Origin: Macrostomum hystrix
Lineage: Eukaryota; Animalia; Platyhelminthes
DNA: 64,000 bases
NCBI GenBank assembly: GCA_950097015.1
Contig: CATNEN010000034.1
Span: 5,394,001 to 5,458,000, forward strand
Direction: 5' to 3'
The stretch's first letter is position 1. The number at the start of each line of letters is the position of its first letter. The notes below the pieces were generated by a model. That model was not told where the DNA came from. It saw only the letters and a list, made by a program, of their open reading frames with translations, and searched no databases. A program made the translations under genes and the position numbers. Shown here in pieces: positions 62,466-64,000 of this stretch.

Positions 62466-63563
62466 GTAATTTCCTGCCGCAACACCCGCGCTCCCCTGCA
62501 AGAAGTGGATGAACTTTCCCTAGAATATACACATCCCCATCCTTCAGGATCCCCTTGAGCGGATCCCGTATGCCTGGCCCTCCCTTCTCAAATCCCCAGT
62601 TCTGGTAGTGAGTCCTTTTCTTTCCACTCCCAATTCAGTAGCTACAAATAGGCCTCAAGATTTGGCCGCCTGGGTGGGCAGGGAGATTGCTTTGGGTGGG
62701 ATTATAGGACAGAGTTCGGCGAAATGAAAGCTTCGCGCTATGGGTGGGGGCTGGTGGAATGAGATGAGGCGGAAAAGTGAGTACATGCAGCTCCTCATCT
62801 TCCCAGTTTTCTCGCTCTCTTCCCCTCTTCTCTTCCCGTATCTCCTCCCAACGTCTTTCTCTCTCTGTCCTGTCCTCAGTCTTAACCAACTTTAAGCAAA
62901 CTGCCCCCCCCCGAATGAGGAGCTGCTGGGAGAAGGGCCGGGTAGCAGTCGGGAAGAAAATCCAAACTCACTGACCAACTGCGAGAGAGAAACCCGCCTA
63001 GTCGGAAGGGAGAAAGAGAGCAGCCCGTTTCTCTCTCTATATTCTGTCCCGATCCCACACACACGTGTGGCGTGATGGGAATGGATGAGGAAAACTTTAA
63101 AAAATGCTTGGAACAGGGGCCGGTGGGAGAAGGAGGCGGGAGGGCAAGGCTGGGGTTGCTGAGCTGGGGTGGGGGTGGCAGCGCCGCCTTTATTGAGGCA
63201 GCGACGGCTTTGGCGGAGGAAAGCGGGTTGAAAACCGGTTGGCGATGCTTCTGCGAACTGAGAGTTCCCTGCTCGGACTTTTGCCCTGGCCGCAGCTCAG
63301 CTGTGCTCAACCAGTCAAGCCGTAGATTGGGCGAGCGGGCAGCGCTTGGCTGCTGTGCTGGGACATTAGTTGCCGCGGCTGCGGCATGCTGCATTATCGG
63401 TCGACGCTGCCACCCCGGCGGCCGGAAAGCTGCTTGGCAGGTGAGTCTTACTCAGGTGTCAAAGGTTAGGTGTGACGGTGACGCTAGTTCATGTCGCAGG
63501 CCGCGGAGAGAGGGCTTGGGGGATCGTAATGCTACGAGCCCGTATTTACGCACTTTAAGGGCC

Positions 63564-63888
63564 AATAATAATTATTGCAGGAGGGCTGCTGGCAACCGAT
63601 TGGTAACACTAGACTCGCAGCTAGCGGGAAGGCATTCACCATTCTCCCATTCCGCTGACTCCTGAGCACACACGCGCACAGATACCGTACGCAGGCACAC
63701 GCTCACACGGGTGTGTACATCCGCCCTGAGTTTCTCATCGTGTGGCAGTGTACACTCTCACTGTGTATTGGAGGTTGGCCCTCAATGGCGTAAATTGCAC
63801 GACAAGCCCTCAAACCCTCGCCGCGGAATCGAACTCAGGGACCTTGGTGTGAGAGGCAAACGCGGTAACCACTTTTCCACTCACGCCC
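63564..63888 (-). mobile_element. SINE family 1, followed by a diverged plus-strand fragment to 64000
   Basis: Tail AATAATAATTATTGCAGGAGGGCTG; head GGAATCGAACTCAGGGACCTTGGTGTGAGAGGCAAACGCG. Confidence 0.88.
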
Positions 63889-64000
63889 TTGAGGGCCAAC
63901 CCAATCACAAGCTAAAGTGAGAGTGTTAATCTGCGATGAGAAAGCCGGTGCAGATAATTGTGTGAGTGTGTTCCTGCTTATGGCATGCATGTGTGCTCAG

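Noticed and set aside
63386-63440. Possible first coding exon of a next gene (MLHYRSTLPPRRPESCLA, donor G|GTGAGT)
   Set aside because: Good donor, but no recognisable homology and no downstream exon inside the window.

Overview
Eukaryotic (metazoan) genomic DNA with GT-AG introns, GC-rich exons, introns packed with minisatellites, and tRNA-derived SINEs. The style resembles a free-living flatworm such as Macrostomum; this is inference only. Positions 1-33 kb hold a minus-strand tandem array of six paralogous genes (called A, B, C, D, E1, E2 here), which I assembled by hand from splice sites. They encode signal-peptide proteins made almost entirely of cysteine-rich C2-like domains: three per protein, one in B. 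Their Ca2+-binding loops and C-terminal tails are highly variable. This cluster of putative extracellular multi-C2 proteins is the best candidate for an undescribed system. A recent ~9.9-kb tandem duplication (19386-29308 / 29309-39274) copies gene E and a Polycomb PCGF3-like gene; the first PCGF copy is cut inside its RAWUL domain. Further right are a ClC-3/4/5-type Cl-/H+ exchanger with two candidate first exons (41548-48770) and a CABIN1/HIR3-like gene (50818-61732). Mobile DNA comprises two SINE families, an internally deleted Tc1/IS630-like element with TIRs, a hAT-type MITE and a foldback MITE. Most long ORFs in the supplied track are minisatellite artefacts. There is no CRISPR array, rRNA gene or convincing true tRNA gene. 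All alignments were done by eye, and repeat/SINE boundaries are approximate.
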